A DNA stretch of 64,000 nt from NCBI GenBank assembly GCA_964016885.1, contig OZ024741.1, positions 231,756,001 to 231,820,000 of the forward strand, written 5' to 3'. Origin of the DNA: Eledone cirrhosa. Lineage: Eukaryota. Positions within the stretch are counted from its first letter, which is position 1; each line of letters starts with the position of its first letter. The notes beneath the pieces are model-generated. The model saw only the letters and a program-made list of their open reading frames with translations. It made no database searches and was not told the DNA's origin. The position numbers and the translations under genes are program-made. Of the stretch, positions 26,152 through 39,483 are shown piece by piece.

Positions 26152-26218
26152 TTTTATCTGATGAGAACGCAATTATCGTCCCAGAATGATATTTGTTTTT
26201 GAAATGCGCATAATAAAA
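26152..26218 (+). ncRNA. Minimal type I hammerhead ribozyme motif, intact core
   Basis: ttttat CTGATGA (stem II) GAAA T-GCGC-A T A ataaaa, with palindromic stem III ATGCGCAT. Predicted cleavage after 26212. Confidence 0.78.
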
Positions 26219-26250
26219 CATATGGAACTTATTTAACCATCTTTTAATTT

Positions 26251-26305
<55 letters not shown>

Positions 26306-26315
26306 CCACACACAT

Positions 26316-26365
<50 letters not shown>

Positions 26366-27449
26366 CCACTGCCACTAAGAAAGACTAGAAGTACATGTTT
26401 TGAGGCCTAGCTCCCCCACCTTCCTTTGCATGTATATAATGCGAGAAGTTGCAGGAGTGAAAGCTGTCTCCGGGAATTACGACTTGAATTTTTCAACGGA
26501 CTACAAGTAGAAGACAAATCAAATTCGCATGTGTCTCTGAATTATATTCTCTACTCTGTGCGGCATATATATTCTAGAGTGCGAAAAGTGTCTGTCTGAA
26601 GACATTGTTGAATGATAATCAGGGGCTTACTCCTGTATATAAGACGACGGTAAATCAAGACCAGAAGTCAGATCACAGTTCCAAGAACTTGCACGCATGC
26701 TAGCCACATACCAAGAGAACTCACTATGAGACATAATGCTTTTAGAAGACCTGAAGCAGAACGGAAGGATGGAACCAGGGTGAACAAGACGTGAGATAGT
26801 TCTACAAAGATCCATTCCAATTCACATTAAAACAATTTGAACAGCCGAAATTATGGTCACTCGCATCTGATGAGAAAGCAGTTGATTAACATTTTGTGAA
26901 AAGATATTTAGACACACAGAGTGAGACACCACATGAAATCCAGGGTTGTGTTAGTACTGTCTGTCCTGGAATTCGTTCGATGGAAGCCCACCAGTACTGG
27001 AACAAATCATCAGCGGGAACCAAATGGAATACACAATTTGCTGTACAAGAAATAGAGTGTTCTTGAACAGAAAAGAGAGTCCTTGATTGTGGGGCTTGAC
27101 CATGCAAATTCCTATGGTTCGTTCTTACACAAAATGAACCAATTAAATGTTAAGGTATATCATATTGGAACGAACATGCGAGAAATGGTGAAGAAGGATT
27201 TTTCTGTTTTCTGCATACGATTCTCCACCAATGAATAAAATCGGTCTGGATCAATTTGGAAGTTGCCATAGCAAGCGGTTATGCAATCGATTTATATTGT
27301 TAATGGAGGAAAGGAGGTCATTTTGTTTGTCAACAATGATTGGACCAGCTTTAAAAACCACTCGGAGACAGATTTCGAATACCTCTTCTAAAAGCCTTCA
27401 CAGATAATACTACAATCTGTCTACAAAGGAAGCTGTAAGACGTAGAATA

Positions 27450-28130
27450 CTGAAACAGTAGATGAGACAAATAAATCTTTGAGAATAAATTTCAAGTTAA
27501 AGAAAACTTGGAGCGTTTCTCTGCGGAAGGGGAAACTAATTGGAACGGCTGAGTTCAAAATAGTCAAACAAACCTTTCCAACAATGACAGAGCAACCAGT
27601 TAAAAACCTTAAACCTTTTATGACGGCATTCTGTAAAATCGAAAATATTAAACAAACAACAAGATAATGGAGGGAAATTTTCATCAGGTATTACACCACT
27701 GTCTCCTGTCTGGCAAATACATGGTTTGGTATTGGAGTTTATGTTGATATCACAAATTATCAGTCGTTTGCTGATAATCGACATAAGCATTAGGACAGTA
27801 GATGCTATGGAGGTTAAATTGACAGAAACACAGATCTCACTGATTTTGTACTCTACTGACGCCAAGCCAAGCTTAACCTCCCTCTGAAGTCGATTAGTAC
27901 TAAGTAACACAAGTAAGTTACTTGAGTATGCTTGAGAACTCGAACGACAAGGCTGTGGACTTGACCCGACTCAAGCTGAAGACAGGGTGAACATGGATAA
28001 TGGAAGATATATATTCGTATAAGGGCAGAAATGGAAAGCCTTACGATTAGAGAAATATTGATAGGCACACTGGCGAATAAAAATGGAATGGGCTTACAAA
28101 CGAAAGGTTGGTTAAAGACCAGGGGAAATG
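27450..28130 (+). mobile_element. Highly decayed RLE-type (Hero/NeSL-like) LINE fragment
   Basis: SVSLRKGK..FKIVKQTFPTMTEQPVKNL, STVDAME and EILIGTLANKNGMGL resemble the post-RT region of Hero-like elements (recalled similarity, not a search result). Confidence 0.45.
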
Positions 28131-28189
28131 GACAGATCTGATTTTATGTGATGGGTTCTCCTGTCTTCAGAAAATTGCATCCTCGTGAA

Positions 28190-28660
28190 GATTGGAGAGA
28201 ATATACACTGCTGATCACCTAAATCCGAACACAACAGCATTTCATGATGTACAAGAGATGCATCTGGGAGCGCTGCCAAATCTCTCGGGGTCTGAGATAA
28301 GAACAGTAAAAAAAATCAAATGTGGCAAGATCGCTGGTAAAGATGAAATCCGACCTGAGATATTATTAGCCACATATAGAGAAAGTATTTTCTGGCTGTA
28401 ACATGCGTTCCGTGTAGCATGCATCGCTGGAAGGCACATAAGCTGTGGTAATCGGGAGGGAAAATCCCAATTTTCAAACAAGCCAGATTGTTCTAATCAA
28501 GGAGTGATCTTGTTAAGCCTCCTGGTAAAGTATATGCTAAGTGTCTGGCAAAGAGAGGTAGAGAGATTGTAGAATCCAAACTAGTTGATGAATCGGGTGG
28601 TTTTCGCACTGGATGCAGGACAGCCAACCATATTTTTCACTCGAAGACCGATTTTCGATA
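28190..28660 (+). mobile_element. RTE (Expander/Rex3-like) RT N-terminal fragment
   Basis: IKCGKIAGKDEIRPEIL...PIFK..DCSN...LLSL..KVYAKCL. A related copy lies at 38740-39030. Confidence 0.7.
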
Positions 28661-29630
28661 ATTCGTTGCTGTATTGATGTAGTATTGTAATAGGCTAGGC
28701 ACACTGAGGAACATGGTCTGACCTCATGCAGAGTTGATCTAGTCCAAAGAAGATACACATGGAGTCACAATCAAGTGCTCAAGGAGGCCGTACATGTGAT
28801 AAGTATGACCAGCATAAGCCCCAGAATTTCCGACATTTTACACTGCAGTAAAACAATGATATATGAGTTTTCTGCGTTGTGTACATAACTGGGCGTACAC
28901 AGCAACCATCCAATGGCCTGAATCTAGTCATCGTATTCCAATCCAGTTCATCAGAGCAGCTGATTTTGATTGAACTCACTGTGCAATTTGAAGTTTTCGA
29001 GCGAAAAATAAGCCTGTTTGGCAAATATCCTGAACGAAGCCGATTTCCGGGTCAAATTTCTAAGTTTAGAAGGTAGAATTGTTGTGGTTAAATCCGTCCA
29101 TCACCTCATTAAACAATTCTCAATCTCTGAGAAGAATAGAACGAAAGACCAGCGTAGAGGAGGTCCAAATGGATCTGGTTGTGGAAGAACAAATCAACCT
29201 TTATATCGTTTGAGTGTAATTTGTTTGTATTTTAACCTTTGCTAGGGGAAATATCTCAGTGTTGTTATTCATAGTGGTGGTCATGGCGGTGTCATTGTCA
29301 CTTTTGCGTTTCACTGTTACCATGACTACCGATGTCATTTTTCTATACTTGTAAATCCTCTTCATAGATGTTATTCTATATAAGTTTGAAGGCAGAAGCA
29401 ACGAAATTGATTTCCAATTCGAACGTATCGAAGAACAAAATCTCCAAAAGGTTTAAATGCACAAGTATCGAATATCCAATTTACTAAAATGTTGTAACTG
29501 AAGTCTCCCCTTCCGTCATGTGTTGGATGCGGTCAGGGCCCCTAAAGCCAGGAAAACGTGCCTGGTGTAGTGTGCTATCGATAAATAGATATATATATAT
29601 ATAGATAGATAGATAGATGGATAGATATAT

Positions 29631-30125
29631 TTCTTTATTAGCCACAGGGGCACAAAAGAAGGGGACAAATACAAAGGGGGAAGTTTACATACAATAAAAA
29701 CGTGTAAAATGTTATCACAGATGGAATTTAAAAGTTAGTCGATTTTCCCCAATAGAGGGAGACAGTTTATATGGGTAACACAGACCCCCGAAAAAAATGT
29801 GCAACCCTCATCTCCAGGAGTACGAAGAGCTTGTACTCCTTTCCTCTCCTCCTCCTTTTCCTCAACCTACAGGCTGATATAGAGAGAAGGCCCATTCACT
29901 CGGGCTATTCTCGCCACTTTCACCCACCTTTCATAAAACTTGCTGGGGTACAGCACCTCTCTCTCCATCCTGATTCTTCTTCCAAAGTGGTATTTGAAAA
30001 AAAGAATCAGTTGTTGGCCGGAGAGAAAGGTGTCTGACCTCAGCCCTTTCAACCTTGTCCACCATACAACCTCTTTCGCCATAGCTATCACACAAAGGAA
30101 AACCGCCTCTCTTTCGTTTTTGAAG
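29631..30125 (-). mobile_element. 5'-truncated Tx1/L1-like LINE inside (GATA)n
   Basis: AVFLCVIAMAKEVVWWTRLKG...FFKYHFGRRIRMEREVL, homologous to 62877-63161, with a minus-strand AATAAA at the 3' end. Confidence 0.85.
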
Positions 30126-30141
30126 GATAGATGGATAGATG

Positions 30142-30197
<56 letters not shown>

Positions 30198-30204
30198 TAT
30201 AGAG

Positions 30205-30300
<96 letters not shown>

Positions 30301-30320
30301 CCAATCGCTAGATAGATAGA
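30126..30320. repeat. (GATA)n microsatellite
   Basis: Directly visible. Confidence 0.98.
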
Positions 30321-31272
30321 TATTCTTATGTGGGAGATGCAAATTCTTACTCTGAATTCCTGAAAACGTTTTCGTGTATATTATCATTTCTCCCGAAGAA
30401 CGATAGCAAAAGAGGTTGCAACAGATTCATTTGAACACTGAATCATGAGATACAGTACAAGCTAAAGTAAATTATTTTTAAAATTCTCTCCAGCTAACAT
30501 CACTAAACACAGTTTAAAAATTCTCAAAGATTTGGAGGAGATTGAATAAAGAAAGGCTGAAGTACTAGAACCGATATGGATCGGAGGCTGAAGAGACCAG
30601 TCCTTACGTGTAACTTCGCCTGTTGCCAGTTGACACTGTCGGAACTAACATTGCCGATGAGTTCCAGACATCGTCGAATAAAGGTATCGATTTAACGGGA
30701 GATATCTGCAAGAGAGTGACAAGGTACGCCTCGCAGCGTGAAGAAAAAAAATAGAAAGGCCGGATAACTTCCTTAAAAGGAAGAGCGCCGGGTTCATGTT
30801 AATGAGTCGCAAACTCTCCCTAATCGTCTGCATGGTCTATCTCTTGGAGGAACACTGGTATTGCTTTCAGGTAGTTTGGAGAGGCGAGAATGCAGACGAC
30901 GTCTTTGAGTGTTAGCCGATCTCCGGATAAAATGGGAGGGAAGCTGACAATGGCGTCGTGGAAATCAGACTAATCACAATTTAGGTTTATCACCTCGGAT
31001 TAGGATAGTTTGATCACAAGTTCGAGGATGTTTTAGAGCTTGGGTGATTAGCCGAAGGTGCTCAAATACTGATTCAGCAAAGTCCCTCAAGGTCACATAT
31101 TCCAAGTACCAAACCTAGAATGGTGGCCGGATACAGGGCGCAACTTCATCGGTGGCCTACAGAAAGACAAGCAATCTGAATGGGTTTCCTTGTTGGACAC
31201 CCGTAGCGGAATTGGCTTCTCTATCATTTTACATTTCCTAGCTTAAATTATTTCGAATCATTGAGCAAGGAC

Positions 31273-31296
31273 AGAGAGAGAGAGAGGGGAGAGAAA

Positions 31297-31380
<84 letters not shown>

Positions 31381-31397
31381 AAGAGAGAGAGAGAGAA
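31273..31397. repeat. (GA)n microsatellite
   Basis: Directly visible. Confidence 0.98.
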
Positions 31398-32559
31398 ATA
31401 TAGAATAAATTTAAAGAAAGAGATAAAGAACGAAGGAAGTAAGTGGTAAAAAAAATACTTAGAAAACGAGAATATGGGAGATAGGAATGGAATGAGGAGA
31501 GAAGAGTAAACGAGGTGACATAGTAGAAGGGAGAAGGAAAGAGAGCTGAGTGAAAGGAGGAAGACAAACAGGGAGGACATTATAAGTAGGGAATGAGAGA
31601 TAAGAGAGAAAAAGGAGTAGAGAAAGTTGATTTTTATTATCTATCAGAAAATTCAGGGGACAAATTTGCGTAAGAAATTCGGGAACGATTAGTGTTCTTT
31701 CCGGCTCTCCGAGGTCTGATTTCACATCCCACAGAGAGAAACTTTACATTTCGTCATTTTGAGGTCGAAAAAAGATTCCGACCCAGTACTGGTTTCGATT
31801 CTTTCTATAAGCCTCTTTCTTACTTGTTCAATATCCTTCTCTTTTCTATTCTGGAACAAATCACTTTGATCGGAATAGGAGCTCAGTTTTCAAATGTTTG
31901 GAAATGCTATATGCAACCTGCTATTATATATACATCCATAGATACATACATATATAAATGCATGATGGCTGCAAATCGATTTTGAGTAATGCCATCAAAT
32001 GATTCTTAAGCATGAGCATCGTGGACGTGGCTTTTAATCCTGCTGGGGACTTGTCTATGTCCAACAACGACATGCATCGCAAAACATATAAAGATATGCT
32101 TGTGCTTGAAGCTTTTTTAAGTGAGGAAAGGCTTTGCACGTGTCCAATCCCATTTTCTGAACATCGATTGCATTTACCCAAAAAGGAGAACCGCTCTACA
32201 TCATTGGATTCAAACGAAATCGCAGGTTTTATATCAGAGTGACCTTCTCCTAACGAGATGTCTTAATGAAAACTAGGAGTCTCTCACTCCTGAAACAAAA
32301 GCAGGAATAATTTATTGGATGACCATTGAATCTCCTGAGTTCCTCCGCACTTTGTCGGGCCTGTCTATCATCCTGCAGGTTGTCCAAAATCACTCTGCTC
32401 ACCAAGAACACATGGTTGGGTGGCCGTTTTAGTCCCCGACGAACCGACCATGTGCAGGTAGTACTGGGTTACATCTTACCAGTAAAGCTGAAGAGCGGCC
32501 TGCCAACAACCTACATACATATTATATACATATCCGAACTATTGATGTTAGGACTCGAA

Positions 32560-33870
32560 TAATACTAAACAACACCGGAAACCTCCACATCAACAGTGAT
32601 ATAGACCGCCCAACTTGAAACGTAAGCAGGGCAGCAGAGGCTAAACATCAGTCGAGACACATTTGGTGTCGCATCATACCCCTCTGACAACATTTACGAA
32701 CCTCGAAGCGTAGGAGCCCATCTATCGAGCAAGTCTATCTGCATGAGACACATACGATAATGAGACCTGGGAATGAACTGCTTGAAATATATTCCCTGTA
32801 TGATAATCAAAAATTCACACCCAGGGAAATTTCCCAGCAGTACTAGAGTGAATCCCTGGATGAAAAACTGCATGCTTATCAGCAAAATTCATGCATGGAT
32901 ATGTTGCCAGGAAGCTCCAGAGTGCGAGTAATATAGATAAAGAAAGTAGTCTATCTGGGACCAACAACCGCTATATTGGCTCCCACTAAGGATACGCTTT
33001 TGCAATCCAAGAACAGAAAATCAACACAAAATACCTGATTCACAAATGAGGTTGGGATTCAGGCAAAACACCTAAATATGACAACAAGTGCAGACTCTAC
33101 AGAATTAACATCGAAGATGTCACCCATGTCATATGCAGCTTTCCAAAGATGTCATCGCGGTACTATCTTCCTATGAGGCATGATGTAGTGGCCAAAACAC
33201 TGTAAAATGCAATCCGTAGAAAAGATGTCCCTGATAGTGAAGACATTAAAAGCTACAGCAATATGCAAGACATGAATAATATGAAAGAGTACTGGTGGAA
33301 TGTTCCAATAAAATGCAGGCATAACAGATCAGATATAATAATATGGGATATGAGAAAGAACGAATGCACAATGGTGGAAGTTACCTGCCCAGCAGATGCC
33401 AATATAATATCAAAGATTAGCGAAAAGGAGAATATCTATGCAGAACTAATAAGAAATCTACAGACACTCCACCCTGAATATACATTCAGATTTATGCCTG
33501 TGATTATTGGGGCAATGGGATATGTTAGTAGCTGCCTCAATACACATCTTGAGAATCTGGTCTTCACAAAAATAGAAAGAACACGATTACTTAGGAAATT
33601 GCAAGTACAATCCATTAATTTGATAGTAAAAATATGTAAGACAATCCAAAACTTCTGCATCTAATAACTGCATATACACTTGTACAGATAAGTGCATATA
33701 CACTTGTACAGATGCAAAGCATCCATACCTGGACACACATACATATATGCATACATGCATACATATCTACCTAGTTGATATTGTGTAAATTCCATTGGGA
33801 GAGTCTTGTATGTTAGAAACCCGCTCTCACTCTATTGGCAAACATTTATGAAATGATAAAACCAGAAGAA
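32560..33870 (+). mobile_element. RLE-type non-LTR retrotransposon 3' fragment (R4/Dong/NeSL-like)
   Basis: CRL..IEDVTHVICS..RHDVVAK (CCHC remnant), HNRSDIIIWD...VEVTCP...KENIY..L (RLE) and FMPVIIGAMG, followed by a (CATA)n tail. Confidence 0.8.
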
Positions 33871-33966
33871 CATACATACATACATACATACATACATACT
33901 TGCATGTTCCTATCAGACTTAACATGTCTTCTTAGTATTACTGTATGTTGGGAATTTTCATTGCAG

Positions 33967-34124
33967 TCTCACAAAATGAAATATGTAAGTCGCATAGTCT
34001 ACCAACTCAGTTTCTTGAAGTTGCCTGAAAACGATGTACCCATTGAACCAGAAAAAATACTAGATTTTCGGAATGTTATTAATGACTGTTCAAATGAAAA
34101 ACCACCAATTGTTGTTCAATGCAG
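33967..34124 (+). CDS. Receptor-type PTP-like gene, D1 exon (WPD loop to VVxC)
   Basis: ttgcag|TCT...GCAG|gtcagt, 158 nt, phase 0->2. Encodes SHKMKYVSRIVYQLSFLKLPENDVPIEPEKILDFRNVINDCSNEKPPIVVQC, inside ORF 33835..34149. Confidence 0.88.
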
Positions 34125-35371
34125 GTCAGTAAATTCCTTTCTAAAATAGGGATGGTTATGGTAGGCTTAATTTAAGGCAAGCCCATCGCTTGTTAATCTC
34201 GGAATTTATCCGCCGCTAGGGATGGAATTCACAGCTTATAGAACTAAAACATTCCAAAGGCCATTCTATCCGACATATTAAACATTTTGTAAATCATGGT
34301 TAGGAAAAATGTACCATTTATTTTCTAGCACAGATGATCCTAATCTTCTTAATCTTCTCTGAAACATCCTACACCTCGTCATCGAAAAAAAAATGATATT
34401 GCCCCGCCCAACCAATATAAATACCTGCCTGGCTTGAACAAAGAAAACTATATATATAATGTAGAAAAATATCCTGCTTCTATACTATCAAAATGTATGT
34501 CTTGTCGGATGTGTCTTGTGTTTAGAATAATTTCAAAGATTTTCTAGAAAGCTCTAAAAATCCTCTAAATCTCTGTGGTGTATTAGAACTTTATTTTATA
34601 TACACCAATATGATGAACAGGACATTGATTTTGTCAAGACTGGAACACAACGCGGTATCATATAAAACTCCTGCATTTCGTCCATACTCTATTGATCCTA
34701 ACAACTCACAGCTTTTCTACATACTAACAGTTCTAGCCTGATCCACCCGACAAATTTCTCTCACACACTTTCTTTCTCTTCCAAGCCTCACACTATCCAG
34801 AACATAATGACTCTGGAATTTCTGACCTGACAAGTCTATCCATACACACTTCAACTGACCGATGTTTCAATTCAACATCAATAGTATCAATGTCACCAAT
34901 CTCAGAGAGTATTCGATGTTCATGATTATTTCTTCTTCCACCATTGCTCAAAGCATGAATACATAGCTGGCAAGACGTGATTGGCTTCTATAGATGTTTG
35001 AAGAAAACTACGGATGCCAAAGTATAGCCTATGAACAATCTATTGTTTATGCCACTATATTCTGTCTATAGATGGATGCTAGCTGAATGTAACAATGTAT
35101 ATACAAAAGGGGTTTTACATGTGGTCTCTTTAGAAAGGCACAATAAACAAATGCGTTTCCTATTTTAACTATTTTTAATGAAAATCATTGCGCTTTCACT
35201 GATCCTCTTCCAAATAACTAATCTAAGGTTGTTCTAGAATTATTCATCTCATGAGACAAAATATATTTACACCATGACTTACATAAGGTGTGTGTTTGTA
35301 TGTATGTATACACGAATGTATGTATGATATTGTGCTATCTCCATGCTTACGCAGTGGTATGTTGAGGTGGG

Positions 35372-35900
35372 GTGAAGGATAATATTTTTGTAAAGTCAGT
35401 TTCGTTCAGGGTAATTACGGCATCACACTTTGCTAAAGCTTCTAGTCTATTATCTATTTTAAAACTTCTAGCCAGTAATTTGTCCTTTTTGTTAATAACG
35501 ATGTCAGGTGTGGTTTTCAGGAATTTGCTAGTTATATTGCTTAGTATAAGTTGATTATATCCATCTCTATTTACTTTATATAGATTCTTATTTATGTCAG
35601 AAAAAAAAGCAAATACAAATTATGATGATCCGAATTTCTTAATAGCATTTAGGTGGACTTTTTGGAAGGAACTATGGGATTTACAGGATTTTATACTAGC
35701 TATTAAGTCTAATATGTCTGCCTCGAAGTCTGCAAGGTCCCCAATTTTAGGAGGGTTCTTGATGGATTTGATGTTGGATTTTTCGGTAGTGGTGGTTGCT
35801 AAGTCTCCGTCAAAGAGCAAGGTCTTCCATCTCAGTCTACTTACAACGTCTTCCAATTTATCTAGTAATAATTTGGAGTAGGCGTAGTAAGATGGTCTTT
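35372..35900 (-). mobile_element. Penelope-like N-terminal ORF fragment
   Basis: MEDVVSRLRWKTLLF...KSIKNPP...FEADILDLIASIK resembles the pre-RT region of the element at 54700-57060. Confidence 0.55.
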
Positions 35901-36167
35901 GTATGTCTTTGGGAGAGTTATTCGTATCATATATGTCCTCATGTTGAATGATATCTTTAGGTTTGATGAGTGCTCAACTTTTCTGGCTATTATGCCAGTC
36001 TGTCATACAATATATAGCGGACGTTGGTGTAAAAATCCACGCTAGGAGCAATATACGTTGGGGGAAATCTGTAGATGAATGTTCAAGGCTAACAGTGCTC
36101 AATATGTTGTTTTTGTCTCTTTCACAACTCATCGCGTAATACAATATTTTTTATAAAATAATTTCAG

Positions 36168-36303
36168 TGTTGGAGTGGGAGAAAGTGAATCATATGTGTG
36201 CATTGATAAACTGTTACGTATGAATTTGAATGACAACAAATTCGATCCAAATAAACACATCCAGGAGTTTTCTGAAGACAGGACATCCTTAGTTCAGGAC
36301 AGG
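36168..36303 (+). CDS. Receptor-type PTP-like gene, D1 exon (P-loop to Q-loop)
   Basis: tttcag|T...AGG|gttagt, 136 nt, phase 2->0, the size and phase typical of this PTP exon. Encodes SVGVGESESYVCIDKLLRMNLNDNKFDPNKHIQEFSEDRTSLVQDR. Confidence 0.88.
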
Positions 36304-37076
36304 GTTAGTAAATTATATTTACATAATTAACAGCATTACCTGCGCCATATTTAGAAATAGTTAATGTATCATATTACAGATCGAAGGCTTTATTCTAATA
36401 ATGTAAATTTTCACAACAATATGTTCACTAGTAATGGAAATATAAACATTATAATTAACAAACAGTTACTAAATATTTTCTGCTAAATCATTACGGGCTG
36501 TTAAGAGTTATAGCTTATGTCATGGGTATGACCATTTTTTGTGATTTGGCCATCACAGCGAAAGCATTATGCAGTATGCTTTAGCATTCACTCCCATGGC
36601 CATATTCGATGATTTAGCCATCACATCCAACGTTAAAATATATATTTTAATTAATAATCATGTTCAAGACCAGTTTGTTTGTTTTATCCAGCATGTCCAA
36701 TACATCATACTATATCTGTTACCATTCACGCATAAGGTTGCGTTATGTGTTTTAGTCTTCCTCTAAGACTATGATGTATATTTTAGTCACCAGGCCCAGA
36801 ATAATTCTGTTTTGACTGTTTTGGCAAGGATTTCATTTCGTGACCACTGCCGAGATCATCGTAAAATAAAAAGAAACATTCATATCACGGTTAATATATT
36901 TACCCTTAGTCAAAGCTCATTTACACGTATGAATTTTCAGAGATTTGTAGGAAGACTCTATTCCGAGAGTGGAGAATGTTCTCCCTAAGACATGCAAAGT
37001 CAGATTAAACTGAATGCCAGATTATAACAGCTACCACCCAGTACATATAATTGTATCTAATTTTAATTTCTTCCAG

Positions 37077-37244
37077 GCAGAGCTAGAATTTATTTATACG
37101 GCATTAGCTGAAAGTATTACTACTGAACGATTTACTTTCGATTTTGGCGAGAAAAAACATGAGAAATTAAGGAAGAAAGACAAAAAGTCAGGAATATCCA
37201 ATTTAGAGAAGGTATTTAAGGACAGAACACCTGTTTGGGAGCAG
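37077..37244 (+). CDS. Receptor-type PTP-like gene, D1 end and D1-D2 linker exon
   Basis: ttccag|GCA...CAG|gtcagg. Encodes AELEFIYTALAESITTERF...SGISNLEKVFKDRTPVWEQ, matching EQYxFIYxALxE...LExEF. An alternative in-frame donor follows 37211 (AAG|gtattt). Confidence 0.8.
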
Positions 37245-38129
37245 GTCAGGCAAATTTTGAGGTATTTTCCGTAGGGTTCGACATAAACATAAATGGAATA
37301 TACGTTGAAATGAAATTGTTTATTCAAAACAGAAAGTCTATTAACCCTTTTGATTGTTTCGTTTTGTATTTGTTGTGTTACACAATTATCACTCATATAA
37401 TTATTTTGGCGTCTGTTAGAAAGGTCTATAATTCATATTTTAGTGGGTGTTTTTCTGAATTAATATTGTCCCAAAATATGGGACAATATTAATTCATGGT
37501 TATTTACTCTCGTGTCGTTGAACTGATAAAAGATACTGTCCTTGGTATAAGAGGTGGAAGACCTTAAAAAACAATATAGAAAATGTCAGTTCTGTAAAAT
37601 AAATTCCTCACTTCTCTCTATATTTTGTTTCCCATAAAGCTAAACACTTTAACTTTGAAACTATTATTTCGAATATCATGCAAGCAATGATGCATGAAAA
37701 GGTGGTAAAAAATAATGAGTGGCCATAAGTGTGAAATGAAGTGTTTCTACTTTGATGAATGCGTGTAGTTGCATTCATCTAACTTTCGAATCATATCACC
37801 TATGCAGAACCTAGATGTCTTTGTAAGCCAAATCAGTAGCTAATATCGTATTTTAAAAAATGCTCCTAACAGTTGAATACTAAAGCCATTCAATAATGAA
37901 GGTTTTAGGTTGCTTTGTCATTTTACTCTGAAGATTTATTAGTAACATATTCTGTCATACATACAAAATATAAGTTTATTCTGGTTACATCTGTAGAAAT
38001 AAAAATTCTACTTTCTTGCATATCAATTTAAGGGCTATATAAAACAAGTCGAATCTTTTGCGATTCATGAACGAACAAGTATCCAGTCGAGCAGTGAAGG
38101 TAAGATATATCGCTTCTTCTTTGTCTTTT

Positions 38130-38520
38130 TGTGGGCACAGTGTCGAGGGCGCCGAGGCCTCAAACACTCCTTCCAGGAGATACTGCCAGAAGCTAAAATC
38201 TCAAAATAATCTTGCTGTATACCCAATTGAGACCAGTTGAACTCATGGATATTATCCACCTATCTTGATCAGAGTCTACCCATGGGTCCCCTGTCGGTTA
38301 GCTTTGCACATAAAATATGTCCAGCGATTCTTTCCTAGGACAATTTAGTCACATGCCTGTCGTATCGGAGCTATGATCTCTCAATTCGGAGAAGAGCGTC
38401 CGTCCTTCCTGCAGCGACTCACTGATCTCCAAGTCCCGCACTCTATCGAGTAACGTTCCTACAGAGACTCTTTTAAGAAATCCCATTTCGGCAGTTAGTA
38501 TTCGCGATCATGTTTTAAAT
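38130..38520 (-). mobile_element. RTE (Expander/Rex3-like) 3' fragment
   Basis: ..RWVDNIHEFNWSQLGI...WKECLRPRRPR, typical of an RTE C-terminus. Confidence 0.6.
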
Positions 38521-39394
38521 AATTACATGGGATGATTTGGGGTTAAAGTTGGAATCTGACTTCAGATCAGCAAAATTAAAGCGTTCTGGTAGAGCAGCTA
38601 TCGACTTAGTAATGAGAAGTCCGCCGCCACCCCTACTATCAGGAAGGTACCTGCATTCTCGTGAATGCACCTCTTTGAAAAAGAGGTGATGGTTTCCTAA
38701 ACATGATCCCAACAGCATATTTGAATGTACACGAGTTTCATCTTGGAGCGATGACTAATCTCACTGAGGCTGCGATCGCATGGGCAATTAAGACGCCATA
38801 TGTGGCAAGGCCACTGTGGTGAATGGAATTCTTCCTGAGATGTAAAAGCTTGAAAGAGAGACCTGGATCTATGGAAAGGCAACTAACCAATCGCAATCGG
38901 TAGTGATAATCCCATCTTTCAAAAAGAGAGACGAGAGACATTCCCCCTATTACAGAGAAACCTCCTTGTTAAGCCTCCTGGAAAATTATATGCTAAGTGT
39001 CCGGCAAAGCGATGTTGGGAGATTGTCGAAATATATCTCATTTACTACTTAATTCCTTGAAGTACATCTAAATAATATTTCAATATATGACGCAATCGTG
39101 CATTTCTATGAACAAAATCGACATAACATCTTTGAAGATTCCTTGGATGCACGGGAGAAATAACGTATGAAGAAAAACATATTCTTACGAAAGAAATATA
39201 GACCTATTTCTGGTGTTAATATTAAGTTTCAGGTAGACTCGCCTGAAAGCTAATTGTTACCTAAACCTCGTATTCTGTCCTACGTGGAATAAAATACTGT
39301 TGGAAATGTTTGATTCAAATATTAGGATGTACACAGGTGTAATGTTGGTAGACAGAAATAATTATGGAGTTAATTACCTTTGCAGCAACATTAT

Positions 39395-39483
39395 TTGCCT
39401 TTCATCCTTACGGGGTCGATAAAATAAAGTACCAGTAATGTACTGGGTAATTGCTGGCCTTGTGCCTAAAGTAGAAACAATTA
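39395..39483 (+). mobile_element. 5'-truncated SINE
   Basis: tttgcctttcatccttacggggtcgataaaataaagtaccag...gtagaaacaattat. Confidence 0.85.

Larger units (their letters stand above)
24935..26255. repeat. Inverted-arm element (~200-bp arms, ~0.9-kb spacer) between (TA)n tracts, probable Penelope pLTR remnant
   Basis: Arms ~24935-25125 and ~26030-26255. The spacer has degenerate tandem subrepeats (tatgacgttatatgg..tctacgct). Confidence 0.8.

Noticed and set aside
26400-27430. LINE endonuclease-like remnants (GG..FVNNDW)
   Set aside because: Too decayed to delimit or classify by eye.
30590-31230. Possible CR1/L2-like 3' fragment on the minus strand
   Set aside because: Only vague similarity, with no diagnostic motif read with confidence.
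34021-36183. A-to-I editing restoring the D1 catalytic residues
   Set aside because: TTG (Leu) to Trp, CAA (Gln) to His and GAA (Glu) to Arg or Asp cannot be reached by A-to-G changes.
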